Part shown: positions 27,041-36,733 of the stretch, piece after piece
How the letters are laid out: each line of letters starts with the position of its first letter
Numbering within the stretch: the stretch's first letter is position 1
Assembly (NCBI GenBank): GCA_945865815.1
Contig: CAMBFR010000003.1
Span: 1,258 to 65,257 of the forward strand
DNA length: 64,000 nucleotides
Direction of reading: 5' to 3'
From: Candidatus Sulfopaludibacter sp. SbA3
GTDB lineage: Bacteria > Acidobacteriota > Terriglobia > 20CM-2-55-15
Translations under genes and position numbers: made by a program
The notes under the pieces: model-generated
The model's database searches: none
The model's input: the letters and a program-made list of their open reading frames with translations, nothing else
What the model was told of the DNA's origin: nothing

Positions 27041-27814
27041 TTATCGAGCCGAGCACGGAGTCGGACTGAACTTTGAACCGTCGGCTTCTTTCTTGAACTG
27101 GGTGCTGAAAATGAACGGCGTGGTCAGATACTGCGAATCGGTAATCTTGCTCGTCACGATAAGCCACTGCTCACCCTGGGGCCCGGCAACGATGTCATAA
27201 AACTCGTCGACCACCACGTTCTCGCTGTAAGGCACGCCATTCTTGCGGATGTACCCCGGACGAACCTGGGTTGTAGCCACTTTGAGGTTGCCCCTGTTGG
27301 GTCTCGCTCCGCGCGCCGGAGGAGGCGCCGGTTCCCAGGCGGCCACGGAGTGGCCTTGCCAGGTCCGTGGTCCGGCAGGCGCCGGCTGGTTGCCGAAGCG
27401 GAACAGGCGAGTCTGCGTTCCGGAATCGATATCCAGGCGAAGCGTGTTGTCATTTTCCCAGCTAAAACGGAAACGCCCGGGTTCGCGCATGATGTGCGGA
27501 GCGCCATACCCTTTGCACTGCTCGCCTGCGGCCTCGTCCTTCGCAGGATCCCATGCGCCAGCTATCTGGCGGGCAGCGGCGTTGAGCGGAATGCCCGGAA
27601 AGTCATTTTTCTGGGGCGTGATCATGCGGATTCGCCAGTCTTCGCTGACGACCGATACCCAGGTCCCCGTAAGATCGATCGGGGCATTCGCCCGCGCCGT
27701 CGGCGGCGGGGCGGCCTGACCACGCTGTTGGGCATGGATCGGCGACACGAATATAACAGCGGCCAGGGCGGCGGCCGGGAGCGGCGCTGTCCACGCGCGG
27801 ATTCTGTAATTCAT
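27041..27814 (-). CDS. secreted protein of unknown function (family with GIPLNAA motif; paralog of 29351..30199)
   Basis: Signal peptide MNYRIRAWTAPLPAAALAAVIFVSPIHAQ. Shares the ...G(T/E)W.S....ED(W/F)..R......D(F/Y)(P/L)GIPLNAA..... block with the ORF at 29351..30199. Confidence 0.5.
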   Translation of the reverse strand: MNYRIRAWTAPLPAAALAAVIFVSPIHAQQRGQAAPPPTARANAPIDLTGTWVSVVSEDWRIRMITPQKNDFPGIPLNAAARQIAGAWDPAKDEAAGEQCKGYGAPHIMREPGRFRFSWENDNTLRLDIDSGTQTRLFRFGNQPAPAGPRTWQGHSVAAWEPAPPPARGARPNRGNLKVATTQVRPGYIRKNGVPYSENVVVDEFYDIVAGPQGEQWLIVTSKITDSQYLTTPFIFSTQFKKEADGSKFSPTPCSAR

Positions 27815-27852
27815 CTTCCCTCCAATGCCCTCCGATGCCCTCCGGCAAACGT

Positions 27853-28248
27853 TTAGTCGACGACTTCGCCCGGTCTGGTTCCCCATCCGAACCCATCGGA
27901 CGGTCTGCGAATACTGGTCAGTCTCATCCGGGTGTCGCCGTTACGCGCCGGATTCCCGGTGACGAGAACCTTGTCTCCGATTTTCAGCGAATTCCGGTCC
28001 ACACCCTGATTCACAAGCTGTCCTGCGCCGCCCCATTCGAGGGCCCAACGCTGTATCACACCCTTGTCGTCGGGAGCTTCGACTTGAATGAACGAATGCG
28101 GATTGCGCAGTTGAACCTGCACCAGCTTTCCGTCGAGCTTTACTTCCTTCTTGAAATCGTAGGTTCCGATTATCGAGTGATGGGCGAGGACGGTCATACC
28201 CAGCAATACAACTCCAGCGATCATCAATAAACCGGTTCGAGCTTTCAT
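27853..28248 (-). CDS. small secreted protein of unknown function
   Basis: Signal peptide MKARTGLLMIAGVVLLGMTVLAHH, then a beta-rich 100-aa domain. Sits between the secreted paralog and the MBL-fold gene. Confidence 0.45.
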   Translation of the reverse strand: MKARTGLLMIAGVVLLGMTVLAHHSIIGTYDFKKEVKLDGKLVQVQLRNPHSFIQVEAPDDKGVIQRWALEWGGAGQLVNQGVDRNSLKIGDKVLVTGNPARNGDTRMRLTSIRRPSDGFGWGTRPGEVVD

Positions 28249-28257
28249 GCTTCCTCC

Positions 28258-29349
28258 TTATTTGTTCGCCGTCAGATTTTTATGCACTGCGTCGATGAAC
28301 ATATCTGTTGTCCATGGACCCGTAGTCGAACCCCAACGTCCGTCGAAGTCCATGGTGAGCCTGGCGGCCTTAATCTGCTGCAAGGTCAATCCTCTGCTTA
28401 TGGCGTCCTGAATCCGGTCCCGCACCACGGCCAGCATGTCGCGATAGTAAACCACATCCGCGAGGTCTGTAAGCCGTCCATGGCCCGGAATTACCATGGT
28501 GCCGCCCTGCGTCCTGAACTCGGGAATGCCGATCTCGAGAATCTTGTTAAGCCCCTCGATAATTCCGTTAATGCTGCCTCCCTTTTCCACGTCGATCATG
28601 GGATAGCTGACCGTCGACATGATGTCGCCCGCGACGATAACGTCCGAGTAACGGAAATATACGAGGCTGTCGCCATCGGTGTGCGCATTAGGCATATGGA
28701 TCATCTGAACGCCCTCGCCGTTGAAAAAATGGCTCAGCTTGAACGTACTGAGGCGAAACGTCTCGGTCGGCAACTCATCTCCAGGCAGGGTCTCGGCCAT
28801 TCGGCTGAGCACGTTCTCATGCGTGATCAGCCCCGCCCCCTGCGGAACAGCGCCGGAACTCGCGATATTGCCGCCGGTGTATGTGACGCCTGCCGTCACG
28901 ATCTTCTTATTGCCGCCGACATGATCCGGGTCGATGTTCGTGTTGATCACGTAACGGATGGGCTGCGGTGGCGCGGGCGAACTGATGATGTCGTTGATCG
29001 CCGGATTGGACCATCCATATGGATTGTGAAATTCGCGACAGCGCAATCCCACGCACGGCGTGACCGGCATAGGATTTGAATTCACCGCCAGGGACAGCTT
29101 GTTCACGGTTTCCAGAACTTTGTCCGCATTCGCCGCCGTGCCGGTGTCGACAATCAACACACCGTCTCTTCCGACGGACACCGCGATGTTTCCGCCCGCG
29201 CCCACCAGCATGTAGACATTTCCGCTGACAGGCAGAACCTGAATTTGATTCTGCCGGCCATAAACAAGTTCCGTAAGACCGGAAATTCCGGAGAAACCAA
29301 TAGCGGCAATCACAGCCGTCCACAGCGCCGATTTGAGTGTTCTTCTCAT
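28258..29349 (-). CDS. MBL-fold metallo-hydrolase, secreted
   Basis: Signal peptide. N-terminal beta-lactamase-fold segment VYMLVGAGGNIAVSVGRDGVLIVDTG. Metal-site segments NIDPDHVGGN and HTDGDSLV. Confidence 0.75.
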   Translation of the reverse strand: MRRTLKSALWTAVIAAIGFSGISGLTELVYGRQNQIQVLPVSGNVYMLVGAGGNIAVSVGRDGVLIVDTGTAANADKVLETVNKLSLAVNSNPMPVTPCVGLRCREFHNPYGWSNPAINDIISSPAPPQPIRYVINTNIDPDHVGGNKKIVTAGVTYTGGNIASSGAVPQGAGLITHENVLSRMAETLPGDELPTETFRLSTFKLSHFFNGEGVQMIHMPNAHTDGDSLVYFRYSDVIVAGDIMSTVSYPMIDVEKGGSINGIIEGLNKILEIGIPEFRTQGGTMVIPGHGRLTDLADVVYYRDMLAVVRDRIQDAISRGLTLQQIKAARLTMDFDGRWGSTTGPWTTDMFIDAVHKNLTANK

Positions 29350-29350
29350 T

Positions 29351-30199
29351 TTATTTCGAGCCCTTCAATTTCAACCGGTACTCCGGATACATCATGTCCG
29401 CGCCACCACGCCTTGCCGCTTCTTCAGGCACACCGTACTGTGTCAACCAGTCGTTCAGGTACGGGTTCTTTCCCGGCAGGTAGTGCGGCACCGCCGCCGA
29501 AATGTTTTCCTCGATGATCGTACACGGAAAAAAATCGAGTTCCGTTTGCGTGTCCAGTTCATAGTTGGACGACAGGATGTAAGGCTCTTCAAGATAGATG
29601 GGATCGGTCACGATGGTCGTGATTGTGAAGAGGCCTTCGTGCCGCGTCCAGTATTCGTGCATGATCGCTTTGTCGGAAAGCGGCACGTCATTGTCCTTCA
29701 GATAACCCTGCTTCATGTGGGTCGTGGTAATCACCAGCGTTTTCCCGTCCCACTTCCCGGTCGAAAAGCCCGACCACGTGTGCGGCGCGTGCTCGGGCGG
29801 GTGCGGACGACCATCCATATATATAGGCCGGTCCAGGGAACGGAGCCAGGCGACATGGTAGGCCGTCAGCTGCCGCGAAACCGGGTTAATTTCTTTCGTG
29901 ATACGCAGGTTGCCTGCCGCGCGCCACTGGTAGGGCGATGGATGGGGCCGGCACTGAAACTCCGGCAGGCCCCATTCCGCAACGTCACTGGTTTCCGCTC
30001 TCATGCGCCCCGCGGCGTTCAGGGGAATACCGAGATAGTCTCCCAGTTGCTCGCCCATGCCGCATCGCGCAATAAAATCTTCCGTACACCGGGAGGACCA
30101 CTCCCCCGCAAAATCGGTTCCTTGCGCCTGCACTGGAATCACATACAAAACGGTTGCCGCGAAAAGGAATAAGAAAACTCGTTTCATCTGCCCTCCCAA
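29351..30199 (-). CDS. secreted protein of unknown function (paralog of 27041..27814)
   Basis: Signal peptide MKRVFLFLFAATVLYVIPVQAQG. Shared GIPLNAA block. Its stop is 2 nt from the start of the MBL-fold gene. Confidence 0.5.
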   Translation of the reverse strand: MGGQMKRVFLFLFAATVLYVIPVQAQGTDFAGEWSSRCTEDFIARCGMGEQLGDYLGIPLNAAGRMRAETSDVAEWGLPEFQCRPHPSPYQWRAAGNLRITKEINPVSRQLTAYHVAWLRSLDRPIYMDGRPHPPEHAPHTWSGFSTGKWDGKTLVITTTHMKQGYLKDNDVPLSDKAIMHEYWTRHEGLFTITTIVTDPIYLEEPYILSSNYELDTQTELDFFPCTIIEENISAAVPHYLPGKNPYLNDWLTQYGVPEEAARRGGADMMYPEYRLKLKGSK

Positions 30200-30204
30200 G
30201 CCTG

Positions 30205-31977
30205 CTAGTTGGACGTGACCATCAGATAGTAGCTATTGGACACGCCACCGCCGGAGCCGGGCTGCACCACCACCAGCGGGTACGTTCCAGGCTGCCGGAA
30301 CGAGCCCGCCGGAACGGATATTTTCAGTTCGCTTGTTCCCTGCGGCGTAGCGCGCAGGATCTTGTCGTTCAACAACACAAAACTATTGGGGGAAAAATTC
30401 TCTCCGCTGATCGTGATCTCCGTATTCCTCGAACCGGTGGAAATCAGCTCGGGCCACATGTAAGTGATGAACGGAACCTGGAGAGCCGGATTTGAAAAGT
30501 TTTCCTGTACCAATCCGGGCTTGGGAACAACTTCCTTCCAGTTGGCAAGCGACTGCCGGTCGACAACGGCTCCGCCTTGAATGAGCTGGAAAATGTCCGT
30601 GGTTGCGGCAAGGTCATCGAGCGGATTTCGATTCAAGACCAGGACGTCCGCCCGTTTACCCGCTTCCAGAGTTCCAACCTCCCTTAATTTACCCCAGGCA
30701 TCGGCCGCCCAGCTCGTCGTGGCCTGGATCGACTGCATCGGAGTGAGGCCGACTTCGGTGAGCATCATCATATCCAGATGCAATGCGAGACCTGCCGTAC
30801 CCAGGTTCCCGGCGCCGGCATCGGAGCCCGAGATTATCTTCCCGCCCCGGCTTACAAATTCCTTAACGAACATTCCCGCCCGCCTGTAACCCTCCGCCAG
30901 ATCCTGGGCGGCGGCCGGCGGGCCTGGTTTGAAGGCGGAGGCGTATCTGTCACGAATGACTTTGGGCAGGCCGGCGGTAACGGGACTCGCGACAAAGGCG
31001 ATATTCAGGCGGTCGAAGGCTTCACGATGCCTGCTCGCTTTCTCGAACTGCGCCCTGAGCGTGGAGTTGATAAACATCCTTCGATCGGCCAGCTTCTGTG
31101 CAAGCGCGGGGAACTTGGCGGTATCCATAAGATGCCACCCCTCGATATTGTCGCCGCGCATGATGCGGTCCAGGGTCTCTTTCGGAACCGTATCTTTGAT
31201 CAGGCCGAACAGATGCACTGCCGTATTGATTCCGGTATCGGCAATGTCCTCGAATCCAAGGACCACTCCGATTCGCGGGCTGGCCGAGGTGTAGTGCGCA
31301 AACACCGGCAGGCCCTGTTTGTGAGCGGCGTCCACGGTGATCTTCATCAATGAGGGTTCCATGCGCTGAAACATCTTGATGGCATCCGCGCCCAGTGCTT
31401 TGACTTCCGCAACTTTTTTCTCAGCGCTGGCGGCATCCGTGACGATCGCGGTCCCAAGATTTCCGGTGAGAAAGCTTGCGGCAGGCGCCACATAGCCGGG
31501 ACCGCCCGGAACAGCAGGCGCGTTGAATCGTTGCGTGGCTACCAGGACGTAAGGGCCAACGGCTCGTCCCTTCTCGACCGCGGCTCGATAAGAAGCCACC
31601 CAGCCTGGCGAGTTGCCCAGATCACCCACGGTTGTCACACCCCAATAGAGGTAGGCCTGGGGCTGGTAATTCCGAAGGTGGACGTGGGAATCGATAAGGC
31701 CTGGAATGATCGTCTTTCCCGTCGCATCGATGACTGTTGCGTTGGCTGGAATCGTAACGGATCCTTCACGCCCAACGCTCTGGATCGTGCCATTCGCAAT
31801 CACGATCACCGAATTGGCGACAGGAGCCGCTCCGGTTCCATCGATCAGAAGGCCGCCGCGCACGACAAGCGGCCTTTGATTGGCCGCCTGGCGCGCCGGT
31901 TGATTCTGCGACACCGCCACTGACGACGTCAGCGTCATTAGTAATGCGGCCACCAGGAAAAATTTCATTCTTCCCAT
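30205..31977 (-). CDS. amidohydrolase-family metal-dependent hydrolase with extra C-terminal beta domain
   Basis: Signal peptide. PGLIDSHVHL metal-binding start of the amidohydrolase TIM barrel, then a catalytic body, then a ~100-aa C-terminal extension. Confidence 0.8.
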   Translation of the reverse strand: MGRMKFFLVAALLMTLTSSVAVSQNQPARQAANQRPLVVRGGLLIDGTGAAPVANSVIVIANGTIQSVGREGSVTIPANATVIDATGKTIIPGLIDSHVHLRNYQPQAYLYWGVTTVGDLGNSPGWVASYRAAVEKGRAVGPYVLVATQRFNAPAVPGGPGYVAPAASFLTGNLGTAIVTDAASAEKKVAEVKALGADAIKMFQRMEPSLMKITVDAAHKQGLPVFAHYTSASPRIGVVLGFEDIADTGINTAVHLFGLIKDTVPKETLDRIMRGDNIEGWHLMDTAKFPALAQKLADRRMFINSTLRAQFEKASRHREAFDRLNIAFVASPVTAGLPKVIRDRYASAFKPGPPAAAQDLAEGYRRAGMFVKEFVSRGGKIISGSDAGAGNLGTAGLALHLDMMMLTEVGLTPMQSIQATTSWAADAWGKLREVGTLEAGKRADVLVLNRNPLDDLAATTDIFQLIQGGAVVDRQSLANWKEVVPKPGLVQENFSNPALQVPFITYMWPELISTGSRNTEITISGENFSPNSFVLLNDKILRATPQGTSELKISVPAGSFRQPGTYPLVVVQPGSGGGVSNSYYLMVTSN

Positions 31978-31995
31978 ATCGAACTCCTTTGTTTC

Positions 31996-32343
31996 CTATT
32001 TTGCCGAAAGCTCGGCATACAACTGGCCGATGAATCGCTCCGTTATTTGCGGTGTAATTCCCGGAACGCGCGCATCGAAGTCTGCCGTCGGCTTGGCGGC
32101 GGCCACAATCTTGTCCGTCAGCGGCGCAAACTGGCTATCGACAAGGAACACGCCGTCCGGGCCGACCAATGCGCCGATCATTCCGCCCTGCCCTTCGAGT
32201 GTGTAAAAGTTGTTGGCGATCCGGGTGGTTTTGATCTCGACCCTGCTGAAGTCCTGCTGGTTTTGCGCCGCAGCCGGGAACGCCGTTGTGACCGTCACAA
32301 ACAAGGTAAGAAGGCGTGAGAACCACATTATTCTTACTGTCAT
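31996..32343 (-). pseudogene. 115-aa ORF matching only the N-terminal ~1/3 of an MBL-fold hydrolase (likely remnant)
   Basis: Signal peptide plus NNFYTLEGQGGMIGALVGPDGVFLVDSQ. It is collinear with the N-terminus of the 28258..29349 MBL protein but stops before any metal-binding motif. Confidence 0.4.
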
Positions 32344-32553
32344 CAGATCGCTCCCCCTCGAGCGGCGCTATGATATCAGCAGCTTCCGCAGCTTCAAATC
32401 AAACTCGGGCCATCACCTGCCCTGTCCTTCGATTTCATCAATTGTCGATTGGATGCAGGGAATCGCCGCGAGGTCCTTTGGGGCGTTCGGCCCGCTTCTT
32501 TATGGCCAGGAGTGATAGTTCCTCGTTGCGTTCAGGGTCGAGGACCTTCTCGG

Positions 32554-34044
32554 CTAGCCCTTACCGCTTTTGGCTCTGGCAGCGGAAGACAGGACCGGTG
32601 CGATTAAAACAACGCACGCGATCAGCAGAATTGTGGCCGAAATGGGACGCGTCAGGAAGATCGTGGGATCTCCGACGGAAATGGCAAGCGAGCGGCGGAA
32701 GTCCTGCTCGATAAGAGGACCGAGGACAATTCCCAGTATGACCGGCGCAATCGGAAAGCCATGCCGGCGCATGAGGAAGGAAACGGCGCCAAGCGTGAAT
32801 ATGACTCCAAGATCAAAGATGCTGTTGTTCACCGCATAGGCGCCAACAGTCGAGAAGATGACAACGGCCCCCATCAGCAGCGGCTTTGGAACGTCGAGCA
32901 GCCGGACCCAGAGTCCAATCAGGGGCAGATTCAACACGAGCAGCATCGCATTCGAAACGTACAGGCTCGCAATGAGGCCCCACACCAGGCTCGGGTTCTC
33001 CGTAAACAGCAGCGGACCCGGACGAAGGCCGTAGAGTTGAAACGCCGCCAGCATCACGGCGGTTGTTCCGGATCCCGGGATACCCAAAGCAAGCAGCGGA
33101 ACCATGCTGCCGCCGGCGCTGGCATTATTCGCCGCCTCAGGACCGGCCACTCCTTCGATCATGCCGGTCCCGAATTTCTCCGGCGTTTTGGACCACCGCC
33201 GCTCCACATTGTAGGAAAGAAACGTGGCCAGTGTTGCGCCGGCTCCGGGAAGAACGCCGATGATGAATCCGGTGAACGTACCGCGCAGCCAGCTTGGGAG
33301 CGAACGGCGCCAGTCGTCTGCCGTCATCCGTGCCGGCCCCCGGTGCCGCACGGCCTCCTGCCCGGTGTACTTCAACGTCGCCGCCATCCAGAGAACCTCT
33401 CCGATGGCAAAGAATCCGATTGCGGCAATGACCACGTCGATTCCACCGAGCAACTGCGGTATTCCGAATGTGAACCGCGCCTGGCCCGTCTGTGTCTCGA
33501 TGCCGATCGTCCCAAGCCCGAGTCCGAGAAATGCGGCGAACATGGTCTTCGGCATCGATTCCATTCCAAGGCCCGCAACGGTAGTCAATGCCAGCACCAT
33601 CAGCGCGAAATACTCGGGCGGACCGAAACCCAGCGCGAAGGTCACCAGGAACGGCGCAAGGAGCATGAGCATGGCGGTCGCAAATGTTCCCGCGACGAAT
33701 GAACCGATTGCCGCGGTCGCAAGCGCGGCGGCGGCGCGGCCTTTTTTGGCCATCTGGAATCCGTCGAGCGTGGTCACCACGCTTGCCGCTTCCCCGGGAA
33801 GATTCACCAGGATCGAAGTAGTCGACCCGCCATACATCGCTCCGTAATAGATCCCCCCGAACATGATGAACGCGGTTGTCGGATCGAGCCCGAATGTCAG
33901 GGGAAGCAGCAGCGAAATCGTCAGCGCCGGCCCAATGCCGGGCATGACGCCAATCGCCGTGCCAATCGTTACCCCCAGGAAACCGAAGAGAAGGCCCCGC
34001 GCCGTCAGCGCAATGCCGAACCCAGTGACCAGGTTTTCGATCAT
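32554..34044 (-). CDS. tctA: tripartite tricarboxylate transporter permease TctA
   Basis: MIENLVTGFGIALTARGLLFG... polytopic TctA-family sequence. The ATG at 34044 overlaps the upstream stop (ATGA). Confidence 0.85.
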   Translation of the reverse strand: MIENLVTGFGIALTARGLLFGFLGVTIGTAIGVMPGIGPALTISLLLPLTFGLDPTTAFIMFGGIYYGAMYGGSTTSILVNLPGEAASVVTTLDGFQMAKKGRAAAALATAAIGSFVAGTFATAMLMLLAPFLVTFALGFGPPEYFALMVLALTTVAGLGMESMPKTMFAAFLGLGLGTIGIETQTGQARFTFGIPQLLGGIDVVIAAIGFFAIGEVLWMAATLKYTGQEAVRHRGPARMTADDWRRSLPSWLRGTFTGFIIGVLPGAGATLATFLSYNVERRWSKTPEKFGTGMIEGVAGPEAANNASAGGSMVPLLALGIPGSGTTAVMLAAFQLYGLRPGPLLFTENPSLVWGLIASLYVSNAMLLVLNLPLIGLWVRLLDVPKPLLMGAVVIFSTVGAYAVNNSIFDLGVIFTLGAVSFLMRRHGFPIAPVILGIVLGPLIEQDFRRSLAISVGDPTIFLTRPISATILLIACVVLIAPVLSSAARAKSGKG

Positions 34045-35408
34045 CCGAATACCCCTGAAGGCAGCCCGATCTTCAACACAAAGTTGAAGAGGGCATACAC
34101 CGATGCGCTGGTCACCACACTGAAAACCGCGTCGCGCACAGCGGAGCGGCTGCCGAACAGCCGGGCGATCGAGAAGAGAAATCCGGCTGTCGCGAGCAGG
34201 TATCCCAGGGGATTGAACAAGAGGGCGTAGGCAACGAGCAGAACGCAGGCTCCGGCGACCGTTCTCCAATCGATCTGCTGCAGGGGCGCTCTCTGACCGC
34301 CCGCGCGCTCATAGAGCGCGCCTGCAGAAGAAAGGAGCAGGCCGATCGCGACCAGGACAGGGAACACAAACGCTCCTACCGCCGCGTACTCGGCCGTGGA
34401 CTGGTCATCGGTCACGAGTCCGATGGATCTCAGAATTTGCGCGTTGGAATCCATTTCCCTTTCAATGAAATTTTCCAGATCCGAGCCTGTGAGAAAGCTG
34501 TCCGCCCAATAATTATTTCGGAGGGCATCCTGCCAGCCCCGGCTCTGGCGCATACGGCGCAGGGCTTCAGTAAGCCAGGCGCGAGTAACTGCGTCGGTGC
34601 CGGGTGGGGCGACAACAGCCCGCCAATTCGAGACGGAGAGGTTCAAGCCGCTTTCCCTGATGGTCGGGGGCGAGCCGGGGCCGGGACGTTCGGCGGACGA
34701 GATCGCAAGGAATCGCATTTTCCCGGCGTCCGCATAAGGCCTCCATTCGCTGTATCCTGAAACGCCGGCGGACACGTTTCCGCCCATCACAGACACGGCG
34801 GATTCGCCGCCTCCGGCATACGCGATGTAATTGATGTTTTTCGGATCGACGCCGGCGGCCTGCGCAATCATGGCGACAAGAATGTGATCTGTTCCGCCCG
34901 CCGATCCCCCACCCCAACTGATCCGCTGCGGGTCGCGTTTGAAATCCGTGAGAAGGTCCTCAAACGTCCGATATTTCGAGTCCGCCGGCACGGCAATGAT
35001 CTCGTATTCATCGAGCAGCAGGGCGAGCGGCACGGTGTCTTTCAACGTGACGGCACTCTCGTTTGTCAGGATCGATCCGAGCATGACCCGTCCCATCACC
35101 ATGATCGTGTGCGGATCGTCTCGCGCGACGAGTTCGGCCAAACCGATCGTTCCGCCCGCGCCGCCTCGATTGATCACTTCCGAAGGAACCGGAAGGATCC
35201 GTCCCGTGCTCAGCAACTGCTGCACGAGGCGCGCCGTCTGATCCCAGCCTCCGCCGGGATTGGCGGGCGCCATGATCGTGATCGCTTTTCGAGGGAATCC
35301 GGACTCGGCGGGAGCGAGAGTATCGGAAGAAGGAGGCTCGGCGGAACGGCATGCCGAGAGCAGTAAAACCAAGCCGACTATTGCCGTTCGACGCATGTGG
35401 CTATGCAC
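34041..35408 (-). CDS. TctC substrate-binding protein fused to a C-terminal TctB-like membrane domain
   Basis: Lipoprotein-type signal (LLLSAC). A TctC/Bug-family periplasmic domain of about 300 aa. Then a C-terminal 4-helix hydrophobic region (AAVGAFVFPVLVAIGLLL ... LLVAYALLFNPLGYLLATAGFLFSIARLFG) typical of TctB. Confidence 0.65.
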   Translation of the reverse strand: MHSHMRRTAIVGLVLLLSACRSAEPPSSDTLAPAESGFPRKAITIMAPANPGGGWDQTARLVQQLLSTGRILPVPSEVINRGGAGGTIGLAELVARDDPHTIMVMGRVMLGSILTNESAVTLKDTVPLALLLDEYEIIAVPADSKYRTFEDLLTDFKRDPQRISWGGGSAGGTDHILVAMIAQAAGVDPKNINYIAYAGGGESAVSVMGGNVSAGVSGYSEWRPYADAGKMRFLAISSAERPGPGSPPTIRESGLNLSVSNWRAVVAPPGTDAVTRAWLTEALRRMRQSRGWQDALRNNYWADSFLTGSDLENFIEREMDSNAQILRSIGLVTDDQSTAEYAAVGAFVFPVLVAIGLLLSSAGALYERAGGQRAPLQQIDWRTVAGACVLLVAYALLFNPLGYLLATAGFLFSIARLFGSRSAVRDAVFSVVTSASVYALFNFVLKIGLPSGVFG

Positions 35409-35422
35409 GATAACCTGACACG

Positions 35423-36415
35423 TCAGTCCGTCGTATCCAGAGCGTGCATTGCCGCTTCCGGATACCGCAACCCCGCGACTTGAAACGATTCAAGAGCTTT
35501 ATCCAGTTCCGACCACGCGGATTCCGGCAGCATCAACGTTTCCGAGGCGGTATTCTCTTCCAGGTACTGCACGTGCCGCGTTCCGGGAATCGGCACGATG
35601 TCGGATCCCTGCCGCAACACCCAGGCAAGCGCCACCTGCGCGGGCGTCACGTTACTTGCAGAGGCAATTCTTCGGACTGATTCCACGAGCTCGAAATTGT
35701 GTTGGAAATTCCCGGCTTGAAATCGTGGATTGTTCCGGCGCCAGTCGCCGCTTGAAAGGTCGTCGAGACTTCGAATCTTCCCGCTGAGAAATCCGCGGCC
35801 AATCGGGCTGTAGGCGACCAGTCCGATTCCCAGTTCGCGCAGGGCCGGAAGAACCTTTTCTTTCACGCCCCGTTCCCAGAGTGAGTATTCGGTCTGCACC
35901 GCACTCAGCGGATGCACGGCATTGGCTCGGCGGATGGTGCCGGGACCTACTTCGGAAAGCCCGATGTATCGAACTTTGCCCGCCTTGACGAGATCCGCCA
36001 TGGCGCCGACCGTATCCTCTATTGGAGTGGCCGGATCGAGGCGATGCTGGTAGTAGAGGTCGATATAGTCGGTTCCGAGCCGCTTCAGCGATCCCTCAAC
36101 GGCTTCCTTCACATGTGCGGGACTGCTGTCCAGACCGGCCATCTGACCGTTCTCAATACGGAAAGCAAACTTGGTCGCAACCACGACCTTGTCGCGCCGC
36201 ACGGTTCGAAGCGCGCGGCCGACGAGTTCTTCATTCGTAAACGGACCGTAGATTTCCGCCGTATCCCAGAAGTTGGTCCCGATCTCCAGCGCTCGGTGCA
36301 GCACGCGAAACGATTCGGCTTCGTTCGAAGGTCCGTAGGCATAGGACATTCCCATACATCCCAGACCCAGTGTGGAAACCTGAAGACCCTGGCGGCCTAA
36401 GCTGCGTTTTTGCAT
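35423..36415 (-). CDS. aldo/keto reductase
   Basis: MQKRSLGRQGLQVSTLGLGCMGMSYAYG... AKR family 11/12-like. The ATG at 36415 was verified. Confidence 0.85.
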   Translation of the reverse strand: MQKRSLGRQGLQVSTLGLGCMGMSYAYGPSNEAESFRVLHRALEIGTNFWDTAEIYGPFTNEELVGRALRTVRRDKVVVATKFAFRIENGQMAGLDSSPAHVKEAVEGSLKRLGTDYIDLYYQHRLDPATPIEDTVGAMADLVKAGKVRYIGLSEVGPGTIRRANAVHPLSAVQTEYSLWERGVKEKVLPALRELGIGLVAYSPIGRGFLSGKIRSLDDLSSGDWRRNNPRFQAGNFQHNFELVESVRRIASASNVTPAQVALAWVLRQGSDIVPIPGTRHVQYLEENTASETLMLPESAWSELDKALESFQVAGLRYPEAAMHALDTTD

Positions 36416-36440
36416 GGAACACTCCTCTGCTATTCGCTGT

Positions 36441-36720
36441 GGGCGCGGGGCTTCAGCCCCGTGCACTGAAGTTTGGACATCACACGTATGCCGAGCAAGC
36501 GAAACGTGAGTCCGAACTCCCCTCCTGTCTTAGGAGGGGTGGCTGCGCCGAAGGCGCAGACGGGGTGGTACGGAATGACGCGAAGCCAAGTTATGGATGC
36601 TCGCGTAGCGCTCATTCAATAAGGATGCTTCGCATCATGTACACCACCCCGCCGTTCGCAAAAAACGCGCGAACGGCACCCCTCCTAATCCAGGAGGGGA
36701 GTTCGGGGCTGAAGCCCGGC
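36441..36720. repeat. copy C of the GC-rich nested-palindrome repeat family (inverted relative to copies B and D)
   Basis: Contains GGGCGCGGGGCTTCAGCCCCGTGC, CCCCTCCTGTCTTAGGAGGGGTGGCTGCGCCGAAGGCGCAGACGGGGTGGTACGGAATGACGCGAAGCC ... CGTTCGCAAAAAACGCGCGAACGG ... CCCCTCCTAATCCAGGAGGGG. It is the reverse complement of the module order in copy D. Confidence 0.65.
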
Positions 36721-36733
36721 ACCCACAGGAGTC

